Of a stretch of 64,000 nucleotides of DNA, positions 12,379 to 25,400 are shown piece after piece (within the stretch, counting starts at the first letter, position 1; every line of letters begins with the position of its first letter). The translations under genes and the position numbers were made by a program. The stretch is from Octopus sinensis. Taxonomy: Eukaryota. The DNA is taken from positions 57,660,001 through 57,724,000 of the forward strand of contig NC_043006.1 in assembly GCF_006345805.1 (NCBI RefSeq), read 5' to 3'. The notes under the pieces were generated by a model. The model searched no databases. It worked only from the letters and a program-made list of their open reading frames with translations, and was not told the DNA's origin.

Positions 12379-13394
12379 TACAAAGTTTGTTTTCATCTTT
12401 TTTTTCGGAAGTTGAATGTGATTTGAGGGAAATTTGGTTGCTATCTCCGCACCCACACTCTCGCTAGTTAGCGTCCTTGTTCTTATTGTTATGTGTGTGT
12501 GTGAGAGAGAGAGAGAGAGACAGACAGACAGAGGGGAGAGAGAGAGAGACAGACAGACAGAGGGGAGAGAGAGAGAGAGAGAAACAGACAGGTAAACAAA
12601 GCTAACGTGGGAGCCTCTGCGTAGGCGATGGAACTCCTAAAAATAGCAGCCAAATAGATCTCTGAAACCACCTTATCGTAAACAAAGGAACCCTTAGATT
12701 GGACAGACGGAATGGCAACGGTGGAAACAGAAGTCATCCTAGGATCGGACCTGACCTGGGGCTAAGCAACGACGACAACAACCACCCGATGGGTATTCAT
12801 TGTTTTTTTTTGTTTTTTTTTTAACTATAACATACTTTAATATAAACCTATAGGCCGTTTTTGTTGCTGCTGTCGTTTTTTTTTTTTAGCTAACATTTTG
12901 TGTTACGATATTTGTGAACAATCCTTCTGTACAAATCTCTACACGGACAAACCTCCCCCGCCCCCCAAAAAAATGGGGAAACAGCTATACATGGGACCGT
13001 CTTATTAACAGAATAGAGCCAGGGACAAATCAATGCACACCAAACATCGGTTAGAACTGAGCCGTTAGAGCCGTCAGGCCCCCTAAGCGACTGCCCCTAA
13101 ACGACTTCTTAGTATGCCCATGCTTTAAAATGACACTGATTCTACGTACGTTTCGACTTTTAGTGGGGATCATTTATCAACAACTATTCTTCCTTTTTAT
13201 CGACCTACACACGTACAGACGAATTGTTTACAAACGTCCAAACACAGAGTTGGCTTAAAAAGCAACAACAAAACTACAGACGTGTTCTTTAGTACATCAT
13301 GGAGTCAACGAAACGAAACACTGAACACGCCAGTAATTTAATGTTTACTGTTTCTGTCTCAGTGGCTATTGTTTTCATTAATGTTATTTCAAAG

Positions 13395-13623
13395 GCAGCG
13401 AGCTAGCAGAATCGTCAAAGCATTGTTTGTGTATGTGTGGTGGGGTGCTTTGCGGTATTCTTCCGGCTCTTTACATTTCTGAGTTCAAATATCGCCGAGG
13501 TCAACTTTGTCTTTCATCCCTTTCGGGGATCGATGAAATAAAATATTATTCAAGCATTGAACTCGATGGCATCGGTTAATCCCCTCTCCATAAAATTGCT
13601 GACCATGTGCCTAAATCAGAAAC

Positions 13624-13660
<37 letters not shown>

Positions 13661-13740
13661 GTTGTTGTTGTTGTTGTTGTCGTCGTCGTCGTCGTCGTCG
13701 TCGTTGTTGTTGTTGTTGCTGTTGTTGTTGTTGTTGTTGT

Positions 13741-13774
<34 letters not shown>

Positions 13775-15105
13775 ATTAAGACGGCGAGGTGGCATGCCGG
13801 GCACTTTGCCCATGTTTACATTCTGAGTTCAAATTCCGCCGAGGTCGACTTTACCTTTTATCCTTTCGGGGTCAATAAAATAAGTACCAGTTGAGCACTG
13901 AGTACTGGGGTCGTGGTAATCGACTTACTCCCACACCGAACTTACTGGCCTGGTGCCAAAATTTGAAGTCGTTATTATTATTGTTGTTATTAGGCGGCGA
14001 GCTGGCGGAATCGTTAGCGCGTCGGGCGAAATGCTTTGTGGTATTTCGTCCGCCGCTGCGTTCTGAGTTCAAATTCCGCCGAGGTCGACTTTGCCTTTCA
14101 TCCTTTCGGGGTCGATAAATTAAGTACCAGTGACGCACTGGGGTCGATGTAATCAACTTAATCCGTTTATCTGTCCTTGTTTGTCCCCTTTGTGTTTAGA
14201 CCCTTGTAGGTATTTCGCTATGTTCTGAGTTCAAATTCCGCCGAGGTTGACTTTGCCTTTCATCCTTTTGGAGTCACAAAAATAAATACCAGTTACGCAC
14301 TGGAGTCGATGTAATCGACATCGACTTCAGGCATTCCTTCGATATAACTCGACAAAATCAAAACGTTTCACTTCGGGTATTTCCATGAATTGTGGAGGAT
14401 AGATATAACGAAATTATGCCAACAATGTCTCGTTTTAAACTTGAAGAAAATAAGCCTTGCATATTTGTTCTTACCTGTTTCATGTGTGTATGTAAAATCC
14501 GCAAATTTCCAAGCAGAAAACAGAATCGAACTGTCATTTGCTTCTACGGAAATACCCGAAGTGAAATGTTTTGATTTTGTCGAGTTATATCGAAAGAATG
14601 CCCGACTTAATCCCTTCCCACCAAATTTGTGGCCTTGTGCTTCCAGTAGAAAGAATTATTGTTGTTGTTAAGGCGGTGTGCTGGTAGAATCGTTTGCACG
14701 TCGGGCAAAATGCTTAGCGGCATTTCGTCTGTCTTTAGGTTCTGAGTTCAAATCCCGCCGAGGCCAGCTTTGCCTTCCATCCTGTCGGGGTCGATAAAAT
14801 AAGTACCAGTCAACGTAATCGACCTACCCACTCCACCGAAATTGCCGGCCTTGTGCCAAAATTTGAAATTTGTTGTGGTTGTTGTAGTTATTTCAAAGGT
14901 CGTGAGCTGGTAGAATTGTTAGAGCGTCAGCAAAATACTTCACGGTATTTGTTCCGAGTTTTTAGGTTCTGAATTCAAACTCCTCCGACGTCAAATTTTT
15001 CTTTCAAATCTCTGGGATCGGTAAAATAAAGAACCAGTCAAATAGTGAAGTTGACGGCATCGACAAATCCCCTCTATTTAAATGTGCTAGCCTTGTGCCT
15101 ATAGT
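13395..15105 (+). mobile_element. Cluster of ~6 SINE family B copies (GGCGGCGAGCTGGCAGAA head; Nin-domain-like core)
   Basis: Repeated core GAGGTCGACTTTGCCTTTCATCCTTTCGGGGTCGATAAA; copies ~13395, 13780, 13993, 14209 (headless), 14670, 14895. Confidence 0.85.
13625..13772. repeat. Compound trinucleotide run (TTA)(TTG)(TCG)(TTG)(TGA)
   Basis: direct reading. Confidence 0.95.
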
Positions 15106-15264
15106 AGGAACTATAATTGTTGTTTCAATTTATTTTACAGAAATTTGATCAAATCATGATCAATGTTCGGTAGATACAAGAACAGTTATCCTAGGATTGA
15201 GGGTTGAAATGATTGTTTCATCTCCATTGTTTATCGATGTCGAAGTTTAGTGAGAGGACGATAT

Positions 15265-15375
15265 TCTTTTCTACTCTAGGCACAAGGCCCGAAATTTTTG
15301 ATTAGATCAACCCTAGTACGCAACAGATAAAGTTGTCCTCGACGGAATTTGAACTCAGAACGTAAATACATACGA
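15265..15375 (-). mobile_element. SINE family B fragment
   Basis: ctctaggcacaaggcccgaaat...cggaatttgaactcagaacgt. Confidence 0.7.
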
Positions 15376-16361
15376 AATATGTGAGAGGTTGATATTAGGC
15401 CTATCCTAATCGTGATTTGATCTTATTACGCTAAGAAGTGAAAGCGTATGGCCTGTTGATTATAGTGGATCGTGAGGTGTGAATTTAAGGAATCGACGGT
15501 GTGTTGTGTCCTTGAGCCAGGCACTTCTTTTGACGTTGGTTCACTCAACTTACCTGAAAATGAGAACCAGTGAAAAGTAATCGTCCTACCTACACAAATA
15601 TGCCCTCTACCTCGGCTTTTGTTTCTTTGTAACTTTCAGAGATATGGATTTTTTTTTTTTTGATAGAAATTTTCTACAAATACGTTTCAGATGGTGTAGG
15701 TTCTGATAATATGGGAATTTGTTGAGAAAAAAAAAAAGTTTTCGGAGGAGAGGGAGAGATTAATCGCACTCAACACTATCTGAAAAGTATTTGTAGAAAA
15801 TCTTATTAAAAAAGACATTTTTCTGAAAATGATGAGAAAATAAAATTGACTTATGTGAATTATCCAAACTTCGCTCCTCACCCATCTAAAAAAATTTTTC
15901 ACATAAAACAAAAAAGAAAAATCGATATCTGAAAGGTATCTAAAGAAAATTTAATTTAAAAATATTTGTTTTTTTGAAAAGTTTAGAAACCAAGTCGGTG
16001 GTGGGGGAGTACATACTTGAGAGATATACCAGATAAACAAATAATAATCGGCAATTGTTGACTTCGTAGGTTTCAACGATCAACAAATACGTACAATAGA
16101 AGGAACATAGAGTCATATAAAACAAATATTAAACGACACATGGTACTTCAAGCAATCTACTGTAAACATATTCACTAGTTTACCTGACGTCAGTCACATA
16201 AACAGAGAGTTTTCACACCATACATCAAATGTACGCAGGATATTCAAACACCCCGGTTTTCAAACAATAGTCCCAGTGTTGCTAAAGTATGCTTCGGTGT
16301 CGTAATTTGTCCCAGTTTTAAAATTTCATTTTAATTTCAAAAACGAGTTTTCGTAAATATT

Positions 16362-16364
16362 TTC

Positions 16365-16417
<53 letters not shown>

Positions 16418-16424
16418 TATATAT

Positions 16425-16489
<65 letters not shown>

Positions 16490-16587
16490 TAAGTAAGTTG
16501 GTTTGTGAAAGCACGTGGGTGAATATATAGAAAATATAGGATTTTCACTCTTTACTATTTTCTATATATATATATATTATATATATA

Positions 16588-16657
<70 letters not shown>

Positions 16658-16786
16658 ATATATAATATATATATTATATATATATATATATACTTTGATA
16701 CTTTGATACTTTGATACTTTGATAGGTTTCGGCATTATTGGCCCAGGCCATGTCTAACTTAATAGCACCACCTGGTATATATATAT

Positions 16787-16826
<40 letters not shown>
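16362..16826. repeat. (CT)n, (TA)n and (TTTGATAC)4 repeats
   Basis: direct reading. Confidence 0.9.
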
Positions 16827-16828
<2 letters not shown>

Positions 16829-17019
16829 GAGAAAGAAGCAACAAGAATGGATTAGTTTTTAGTACAATTGTACTAAAAACTAATCCATTCTTGTTGCTTC
16901 TTTCTCGTTTATAATCACCCCACATTACTGTATGGATAACACCATATAGTTTTTCTGGTGCATCTAAGTTAAGTACCACATTCAAGTAAATTCATTGGAA
17001 TTTACTTGAATCTTAATTG

Positions 17020-17024
<5 letters not shown>
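16827..17024. repeat. 82-bp perfect palindrome (16827-16908) plus 14-bp hairpin (16980-17011) between (TA)n tracts
   Basis: direct base pairing checked. Confidence 0.85.
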
Positions 17025-17088
<64 letters not shown>

Positions 17089-17445
17089 CTCTTTTACTTG
17101 TTTCAGTCATTTGACTGTGGCCATGCTGGAGCATCGCCTTTAGTCGAGTAAATCGACCCCAGGACTTATTCTTTGTAAGCCTAGTACTTATTCTATCGGT
17201 CTCTTTTTGCCGAACCGCTAAGTTACGGGGACCTAAACACACCAGCGTCGGTTGTCAAGCGATGTTGGGGGGGACAAACACAGACACACAAACATGTACA
17301 CACACGTACACACATATATACAAATGTACGACGGGCTTCTTTCAGTTTCCGTCTACCAAATCCACTCACAAAGCTTTTGTCAGCCCGAGGCTATAGTAGA
17401 AGACGCTTGCCCAAGGTGCCACGCAGTGGGACTGAACCCTGATAT
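17089..17445 (-). mobile_element. SINE family A, head truncated
   Basis: near-consensus match to other family A copies. Confidence 0.85.
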
Positions 17446-17570
17446 TTACGTGAGTGGTTTTAGATTTTCTACTCTCTATAAGATTCGTTTTCTTTTAGAA
17501 AATACGGTTTCGATTAAAAATTTGATTGGTCAATTTTCATTAGAAACCTATTATTATTATTATTATTATT

Positions 17571-18046
17571 GAGTGAGAGCAGTTCATGCCATCAAAGTGA
17601 CACTGGGGTAAAATATACAAGCCAATATACCCATCATGACTACCCGTCTGATAAAGGTACACCAGGCACATGCATCACAACCATATGTGCGCGACATGGT
17701 GATCTCATATCAAGATAAACAGCACATACCTTCAGGTGGGGCCCAGTTAGAATTTCTTCAGGTTGAGTAGCTCCCTCGCTCAAACGGTCCCTGAATAGGG
17801 TTGCTTAAGGATGTTGAAAACCACCCTGTTTTCCATAGTGAACTATTCAAACCCCAAAGATCCCTCTCACACATGGCTATGATGCTCCCCCACTACTACT
17901 TCTGCTCGTGATCAGAGATCACATATCGTCAGCCACTAAGGGACATGCTCAACTGGTTAAGGTCAAACAATTGACAAGCAAATCTGTGTATTGAGCAGAA
18001 TATTTGCTGTAGCCCATCTTTTATACCAAGACAAAACATGTACATG
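17571..18046 (-). mobile_element. 476-bp repeat embedded in a (TAA)n tract; probable 3' end of a microsatellite-targeting non-LTR element
   Basis: (TTA)n on both sides (17549-17570, 18047-18090); no coding evidence; orientation inferred. Confidence 0.45.
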
Positions 18047-18394
18047 TTTATTATTATTATTATTATTATATTATTATTATTATTATTATGTTTATGGTTA
18101 TGAAATTTATGTTTTAACTAAGTACACAGCTAATAATTATTTTCACACATAAAAGACATATGACGCGAGTACGTTCGCGTGATGTGCGAGAAAGTATGCA
18201 TGTGAGTCCGTATCTGAGAGTGTGAGTATGTGTCTACGTGTTTATTTGTGTGTGTGTGTTTGTTTGTGTATATGTCGGTGTGTGTATGTGTGTGTTCATG
18301 TAAGCGCGAATGTGTGTGTTTGGTTGCGTTTAAAAAAAAAAAAATGCAATCATCTTAAATGCATGACATCGCTATAAATTATAATTCATTTACC

Positions 18395-18530
18395 GAGTTC
18401 AAATTCCGTTAAAGTCAACTTTGCCTTTTATTCTGTGGGGTCGCTAAAATAAGTACCAGCTCAGCGCTGAGGTCAATGTAATCGACTTCCCCCTCCCCTT
18501 CACAACTGCAGGTCTTGTGCCAAAATCTGA
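18395..18530 (+). mobile_element. SINE family B fragment
   Basis: gagttcaaattccgttaaagtcaactttgcc... Confidence 0.7.
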
Positions 18531-18854
18531 AACAACAAATGGCGGTGCCCCAGCATGGCCACAGCTCATAAGCTGAAACTAGAATCAATCAATCAATCAA
18601 TCAACTATATTTGTCTAGTTCATTTTAAAAGATATAAAATTGAATACACATCAAACGTATTTTATACTAAACAGGGTTTTGAACAATTAGCATTTTGTTA
18701 CGTTTTTCATCAATTACCCATCACTTCGATATTTTTGCCTGCTATACTCAAATGTTAACCATCATTCGTGTACGTTGCACTTTGATTAAGTGCGGTTTGT
18801 TTTACTTTGTCCACCAATCTTACTTATATGTACAATGTTCGAAAGAAGATCACC

Positions 18855-19318
18855 ATACATACATACATACATACATACATACATACACACATACATACAT
18901 ACAATATACATACGTACATACATACAAGAGACCAAAGTGTACGTACGTCGCTATATTTTATATATAAAAAATGCAAAACTGGGACAAGAACGCAAAACAT
19001 CCAGACAGGTGAATATACATACATACATAAATACATACGTACGTACGAGAACTTTAAGGTGAAATAACTACGTACGTACGCATGTATGTATGTATGTATG
19101 TATGTATGTATGTATGTATGTATGTATGTATGTATGTATGTATGTATGTATGTATGTGTTTGTTCTTCGTTCGTCTGTGCATTTAGTATATGTTTTTCAA
19201 CTTGATCTTCTGCATCTTTTTTCAGTTCGTTTGTTTATTACTATACGTGTTGGACTTCATATAACGCAACGCACTCCTTATTTTTGACCCTATATATATA
19301 TATATATATACATTTTGA

Positions 19319-19370
<52 letters not shown>

Positions 19371-19420
19371 ATATATGTATATATACATTTTGAGCATATA
19401 TATATATACACATATACACA
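18855..19420. repeat. (TACA)n/(TATG)n/(TA)n microsatellites
   Basis: direct reading. Confidence 0.9.
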
Positions 19421-19501
19421 CATTTCAATATGTGACCACGTGTGTATCGTTGGCGATTTTCTTTCTCCGTCTTCCCTTCATTGGATCTTTCCTTTTTCTA
19501 T

Positions 19502-19536
19502 GTTTCTGACGAAGAGCTCCGCTCGTAACGTTAAAT
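19502..19536 (+). ncRNA. Minimal type I hammerhead motif (C3-G8; A13>U in this copy) in a ~200-bp Penelope-like end (19430-19637)
   Basis: GUUU|CUGACGA|A|GAGC-UCC-GCUC|GUAAC|GUU|AAAU. Confidence 0.65.
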
Positions 19537-19648
19537 CCTCCTTCTTTCTTTCCTTTGCCGAGCGTCCAATAACACTATACTTGTTCCACGTCCTGGCGTT
19601 GTTGTATTTTCTCTTTGTTCATGTTTGGATTAACTATACACACGCACA

Positions 19649-19693
<45 letters not shown>

Positions 19694-20253
19694 CACACAC
19701 ACACACACACATATATATATAAATATACATATGTATCTTTTATTTTTTACTTACTACAGTCATACTGCGGTTATGCTGGGGCACTATCTTGAAGAGTTTA
19801 GTCTAACAAATCGACCCTAGTACTATTTTTTTTAATTATCAAGACTGGTACTTATCCAATCGGTCTCTTTTTCCTAAGCCACTAAGTTACGATGACGTAA
19901 ACAAACCAGCACCGGTTCTTTCAAAATCCTTTTTCTTTCACACGTTCATTTGTGTAAGTTTGAAATTGCACTCTCTGAGAGAGCATGCTTCAATTGCCGG
20001 AGACATGTTGAATTACGTAAAACGTTTGAGAAAGAAACTTAATTGTTTCTTGCAATACATAAATCTAGCACAAAGTCTTTTTGTGGACCCTTAAAATATT
20101 ACTATAGATTCTTAATTTTCTATTTTGCTTGCATGGATCCCCCTAAACCTTATATGGAGCCCCAGGAGTTATACGGGCCCATGCTGAGAATCCCTAATCT
20201 AAATAGTCATACTTGAAACTTCTATGTTCAGAAGTTTTACCTGACTGGATATA

Positions 20254-20488
20254 TATTTCTTTATTGCCCACAAGGGGCTAAACATAGAGGGGACAAACAA
20301 TGACAGACAAACGGATTAAGTCGATTATATCGACCCAGTGCGAAACTGGTACTTTATTTATCGACCCCGAGAGGATGAAAGGCAAAGTCGACCCCGGCGG
20401 AATTTGAACTCAGAACGTAACGACAGACGAAATACAGCTAAGCATTTCGCCCGGCGCGCTAACGTTTCTGCCAGCTCGCCGCCTTTAA
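20254..20488 (-). mobile_element. Full-length young SINE family B with 12-bp TSD
   Basis: TSD TGACTGGATATA at 20242-20253 and 20489-20500. Confidence 0.9.
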
Positions 20489-20859
20489 TGACTGGATATA
20501 GTCTTATGTAGACCTAATCCCATGAAAACCGGAAGAAAACATGCAATAATACTGAAGGAGATGTTAGTCGATAAAATCAATCCCAGTATTTGGCTGGTAC
20601 TTTATTCTATCGAATTTAGAAGAATGATAAGCAAAGTTGACCTCGGTGGGATTTGAACTCAGATTGTAAAATGCTGTAAGTAAATACCACAAAGGATCTT
20701 CTTCGACGTTCTAACGGTTCTACCAATCCACATGGCGTAGAAATAAAAAGAAATTAAAAAATCAAAGGCTCTTTCCGGGTCATGGGATCATAAGGCATGT
20801 TTCCTGTATTCTGTGGCATGTATATTGATGGAACGGCAGTCTGTCGCAGGATTATTCAT

Positions 20860-21000
20860 TTTTTGCCAGCTGAGTGGATTGGAGCAAAGTAAAATGAAAT
20901 GCTTTACTCAAGAATACAACGCAACTCCCGTTTCAGGAATCGAAACCACAATCTCACGATCATGAGCTCAACACGCAAGTCACTAAGCCACGCGCCTCAT
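20860..21000 (-). mobile_element. SINE family C head (tRNA-derived, GCGTGGCTTAGTG)
   Basis: cagctgagtgga...gaatcgaaaccac...ctaagccacgcgcc. Confidence 0.7.
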
Positions 21001-21629
21001 AATGGCCTCTAATTTAGAAATAGCATAATGGTTTCTAATTTAGACTCAAGGCTTGCAGTTTTGAAGAGGAGGATTTTAGCCAGTACCATTGACACCAGTA
21101 TTTGAATGGTATCTTATTTTATCGACCCCGAAAGAATAAAAAGCAAAGTTCATCTCGTCAGGATTTGAGTTCAGACCACATTCGCGTAAAAATGACATTA
21201 CATCGTCTCACACAAACAAATTGGTTTAATTCCTTTTTGTCTAACACCATTTGCGATGCTTCAATTATCAAATCAGTTATTAAATCGCTTGTATTAGTTT
21301 TGAAATCGCAATCTTTGTTAATAGAATCAGGAATTCTAATCAAGTCTTGAGAGACTGATTCTATAATGACACACATTATAAATGTGTGTCATTATTTGTT
21401 CTACATAAGCTAATATATACTGCTCACCTTTTAAAGAGTACTGATGTATTGTTACCTTCAAGGAATATAAATCGAGATTATGATGCATCGTGCCAAACTA
21501 GAGCTTTTATAATTTGGCAAATACGATCACTAATGGTGATCGTATTTGCCAACTTATTAAAGTAAAGTTTTCCTCAATTATAGAATTTTCGATGTGTCAA
21601 AAGCTTGTGTGTCAGCTATGCGTTATAAT

Positions 21630-22015
21630 TTATCTCTTACTTGTTTTAGTCATTGGAAAGCAGCCATGATGGGGAAGCACTTTAAAGGATTTAGTCGAAC
21701 AAATTAAACCCCGTTTTTATTTTCTTTAAGTCAGCTACTTATTCTATTGGTGACCTTTTGCTGAACTTCTAAGTTATGGGAACGTAAAGAATCCAACACT
21801 GGTTATCAAGTGGTGGTGGAGGATATACACAACATATACAATGGGCTTCCACACGCATACACATACATATACGATGGGCTTCCGCACAGTTTACGTTTAC
21901 CAAATTCACTCACAAAACTTTGGTCGGCTCGGGGCTATAGCAGCGCCCGGGGTGTCACACATTGGAACTAGATCCGAAACCACGTGGTTGCAAAGCGAGC
22001 GTCTTAACCATACCG
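21630..22015 (-). mobile_element. SINE family A, decayed
   Basis: similarity to family A. Confidence 0.65.
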
Positions 22016-23299
22016 TCGACCCTTAATTGACTAATAGGCTTTTTAACAAATTTTCACACTTCTAGCTATTCTTTCAGCAATTATATTTAATCCTAGTGCC
22101 TTTCCTAGGTTGGCATCTAATTTTTATTATGCCATGTATGAAAGTTATAATCATGAAATTGACAGGGATCGTCACACACTTTGCCTCGAGTTATGCCATA
22201 CTGACGATTTAAAATAATGGATGAAATGACGCTATACATGGCTACCTACGACTAATATTTTAAAGATCTTTATGTGTATATTGTGTGCACCTTCTTCATT
22301 ACTCTCTGGTTTAAAATTCAAATGTCCAACCCTACTTGAATTCATCTAGAAATTATTGTCTCGCCTACGATAGCTATCCGTCGGGGACTGCCACGTGCAT
22401 GAATAGTTTTTAATGCCCGCCTCACTATCTTTGCTTCTTTATTCCGAATTGTTATTACTTCAGCCCACTCACTATCTGTATCATAACATATTAAGAACAA
22501 TATTTAATGTTTGGCGTAAACATGAACCATATACACACATCTCTTTAATTACTTTAGATTTTACTGGATGAAGTAACTCTGGTTTTATTCTAGCTTGTCA
22601 GACATTTTCTTTCATATCGTGTCACATCTTCAAGGTATTCTCTGAACCATGCTTCTAAATTAAACTGGTTCTTTGTTGCCGCTGAGACAGTGTACATCAT
22701 CATCCGCAACTTTTATCATCAATGTTCTCAAACAGGTTGGTGAAACAAATTAATTCTCCATTACACATGATACCATCTACTACTGCTAACATATTTTTCA
22801 TAACGTGAATGGCATTTCAGCAACAGAACAACAGCTCCAATTATTATTAAAAGTCTTTTTTAATTCACCTGATAAAGTATTATCATTACTAGTCTCCAGT
22901 TTTGTATTTTCACATCTTATTAATTAGTTTCCACAAAATAGCTGAAGAAATTATTGTCATCCTCATTATCATGATCACGTTTATCTAAACCAACATTATT
23001 AATAAATTCCGACTGTGATAATACATTAAAATACAATATCTCAGATGCTTTTACATAAAATATTTTATAAACAAATGCTATCGTTTGTAAGGCACCTATC
23101 TTAAAATATTGGTGGATGTTTACTTTATGGAAACCATAATTTTTTCAAAAAAACAAAAAAAACAAAAGATAATAAATTATCGTGGCCTTTAACCTGAGAC
23201 CAATTTATATTTTCGGTCAAACAAAAAATTGTGTGATCATCGACACCGTACAAACGCCAAGACTTCCCTTTTTCAGTACTTATATACCTAGCTTCGTGA

Positions 23300-23620
23300 A
23301 AGCACGTGGGTTAGTGGTTAGGGTATTCGGCTCATGATCTTAAGGTTATGAGTTCAGTTTCCGACGATGCGTAGTATCCTTGATCAAAACACTCTATTTC
23401 ACGTTGCTCCAGTCCCCTCAGCTGGCAAAAATGAGTAGTACTTGTATTTCAAAGGACAAGCTTTGTCACGCTCTGTGTCATACTAAATTTTCCTGAGAAC
23501 TACGTTAAGAGTATACATGTCTGTAGACTGCTCATCCACATGCACGTTAATTTCACGAGCAGGCTGTTTTGTTGTATGGATCAACTGGGACTCTCGTCGT
23601 CGTAACCGGCGGAGTGTCAG
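23300..23620 (+). mobile_element. SINE family C
   Basis: gcacgtgggttagtggttagggtattcgg...gttgctccagtcc...aactgggactctcgtcgtcgtaacc. Confidence 0.75.
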
Positions 23621-23699
23621 TTATACCTAGCTTCAGCTAGGTATAACTCTTATAATGCTCTTGATAAAAATAATACAGAACGGCCGTCTTGCGAAATTA

Positions 23700-25400
23700 T
23701 CTCCGATTGAGCCTTTTCATTCGTGACATCATAAATCTGGCTTCGATACTAACCTCAGCCTATACCAAGCTGAAATGCATTTTGTTGCCGTTCTCCCCAT
23801 GAAAATAAGGCATCATATTTATGATCAACCATACTTAAAGAAATTCACAAGTCCAAGAGCGGGTACTTCTCACTTCTCTCTTGATGATTCTACATTTCTA
23901 ACTCTCACTATTAAGTGATGATCTGGTGATGTACCCCCTTTGTCAGTCTATATCCTTCAAAAGATATTTCGCCAGTTTCCAACATACATTTAGCTCCATT
24001 GCTCAGCATGCCTAATAATTCCAACTTCTTTATGATCTTATCTACTTAAATATATAAATTTGCAACATTTTCCCCTTAATATATTTAGTTAGCTTGTTCC
24101 TTAGTACTTTAACTTTTAGGATCACAGTGTCCTCTTTGGGAGTAAGTTCTCTGTAGTATAGGTATTGTTTTGTAACAATAAGTTAATACTAATTGTTTAC
24201 TTTGATGTTATAACTTGCAGTAATAAGCAGGTGTTGACGTAATTAACATACTATGCTAATGTTTCTAGAAAAGTGCAAAGTGTTTGTGGATCCATCGCTT
24301 CTGAAGATTACTTACATTGATATTATTTGATTTTCTTTATAGATATTCTTATGAAGTTAAGATGACGCTTAGATATTGGTGCCTAGTTTTGGGAGGTTCA
24401 GTGGAATATATAAATTTACAACAGTATTAGCACCGATACATGTGACATCTGAATAAACAATAACTTTATCGATATCCTTTCCAACACTATGGTCAGTTAT
24501 TCTCTGAAACACAGCGTTAGGTATTTTAATCCTAATATGGAAGACTTGGCCCTCTTAAAAGACCTGTTAGTGCATTTATTCTCATAATATATTTTGCTTC
24601 AGAAAGCACACCTATCTAATGACATATTCCCCTTTTAAACTAATTTAGCAAAATGGTTCATGCAAGAGAGAAAAGAAAATATCAATTTAGTATTTGGAGT
24701 TGGATAAGAATCTGAAAAAGAAAAACTTTTATTTATACCAGCTTTATAATCTCCACATACTTTGAGGTTTCCCTCTGCCTTATGCTCAGCCATTAATGGA
24801 GAGGACTGAATTCTTCATTCAGGAAGAACCATTTGTAAAAGACCTTCATTCATTAGTTTCCTCAGCTTTGTTATGACTATTGGTGTTACATGTATTTATA
24901 ATCGTCTTTCATCAAAATAAGATGGCTTGATATTTCTTTGGAGAATACTATTGGAATTAAAACCTCTTAATCACCAAAGTTTTCCTGGATTAATATCGAA
25001 TTAGTTCATGAATTAATGCTGAACTATTAACAATCATTATGTCCAAACCATACAAGCCATTTTTTTTTACATTCAGTAACAATAACTCTACTTCTATTTA
25101 TTCTGTAACCGACTTCCACTAATGCATGACATTTTTTCTAAAATTCCAATGGATGATTCATGAAATTCATTTCGTTTGAGATCATACTTTCTTAATTTTG
25201 ATCTGTTCAAATCAATTCAGAAATCCTGAGCCATTACAGTCACCTGATTGTCAGCATCAACGTGCATTTCTATGTAACATTATTGAGTTGTGCATTGATC
25301 GTTGGCGTGTTTTGAGGCTTGTCTTATAAACACTAACAGAATCTTGCCTTTTAATTTCGATAACCATTTTTTGTAGGAAAAACATACAGCATGAAATGTT
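23700..25400 (-). mobile_element. Heavily decayed L1-clade ORF2
   Basis: Minus-strand remnants resembling NKSPGxDG (NSVLSING), WRPISLLNxDYK (RAKSSILGLKYLTLCF) and IAKxxL..GGxxxPD (LAKYLLKDID*QGGTSPD); many stops. Confidence 0.5.

Noticed and set aside
16724-16775. GCC-GAAAC on minus strand beside the (TTTGATAC)n repeat
   Set aside because: No recognisable core upstream
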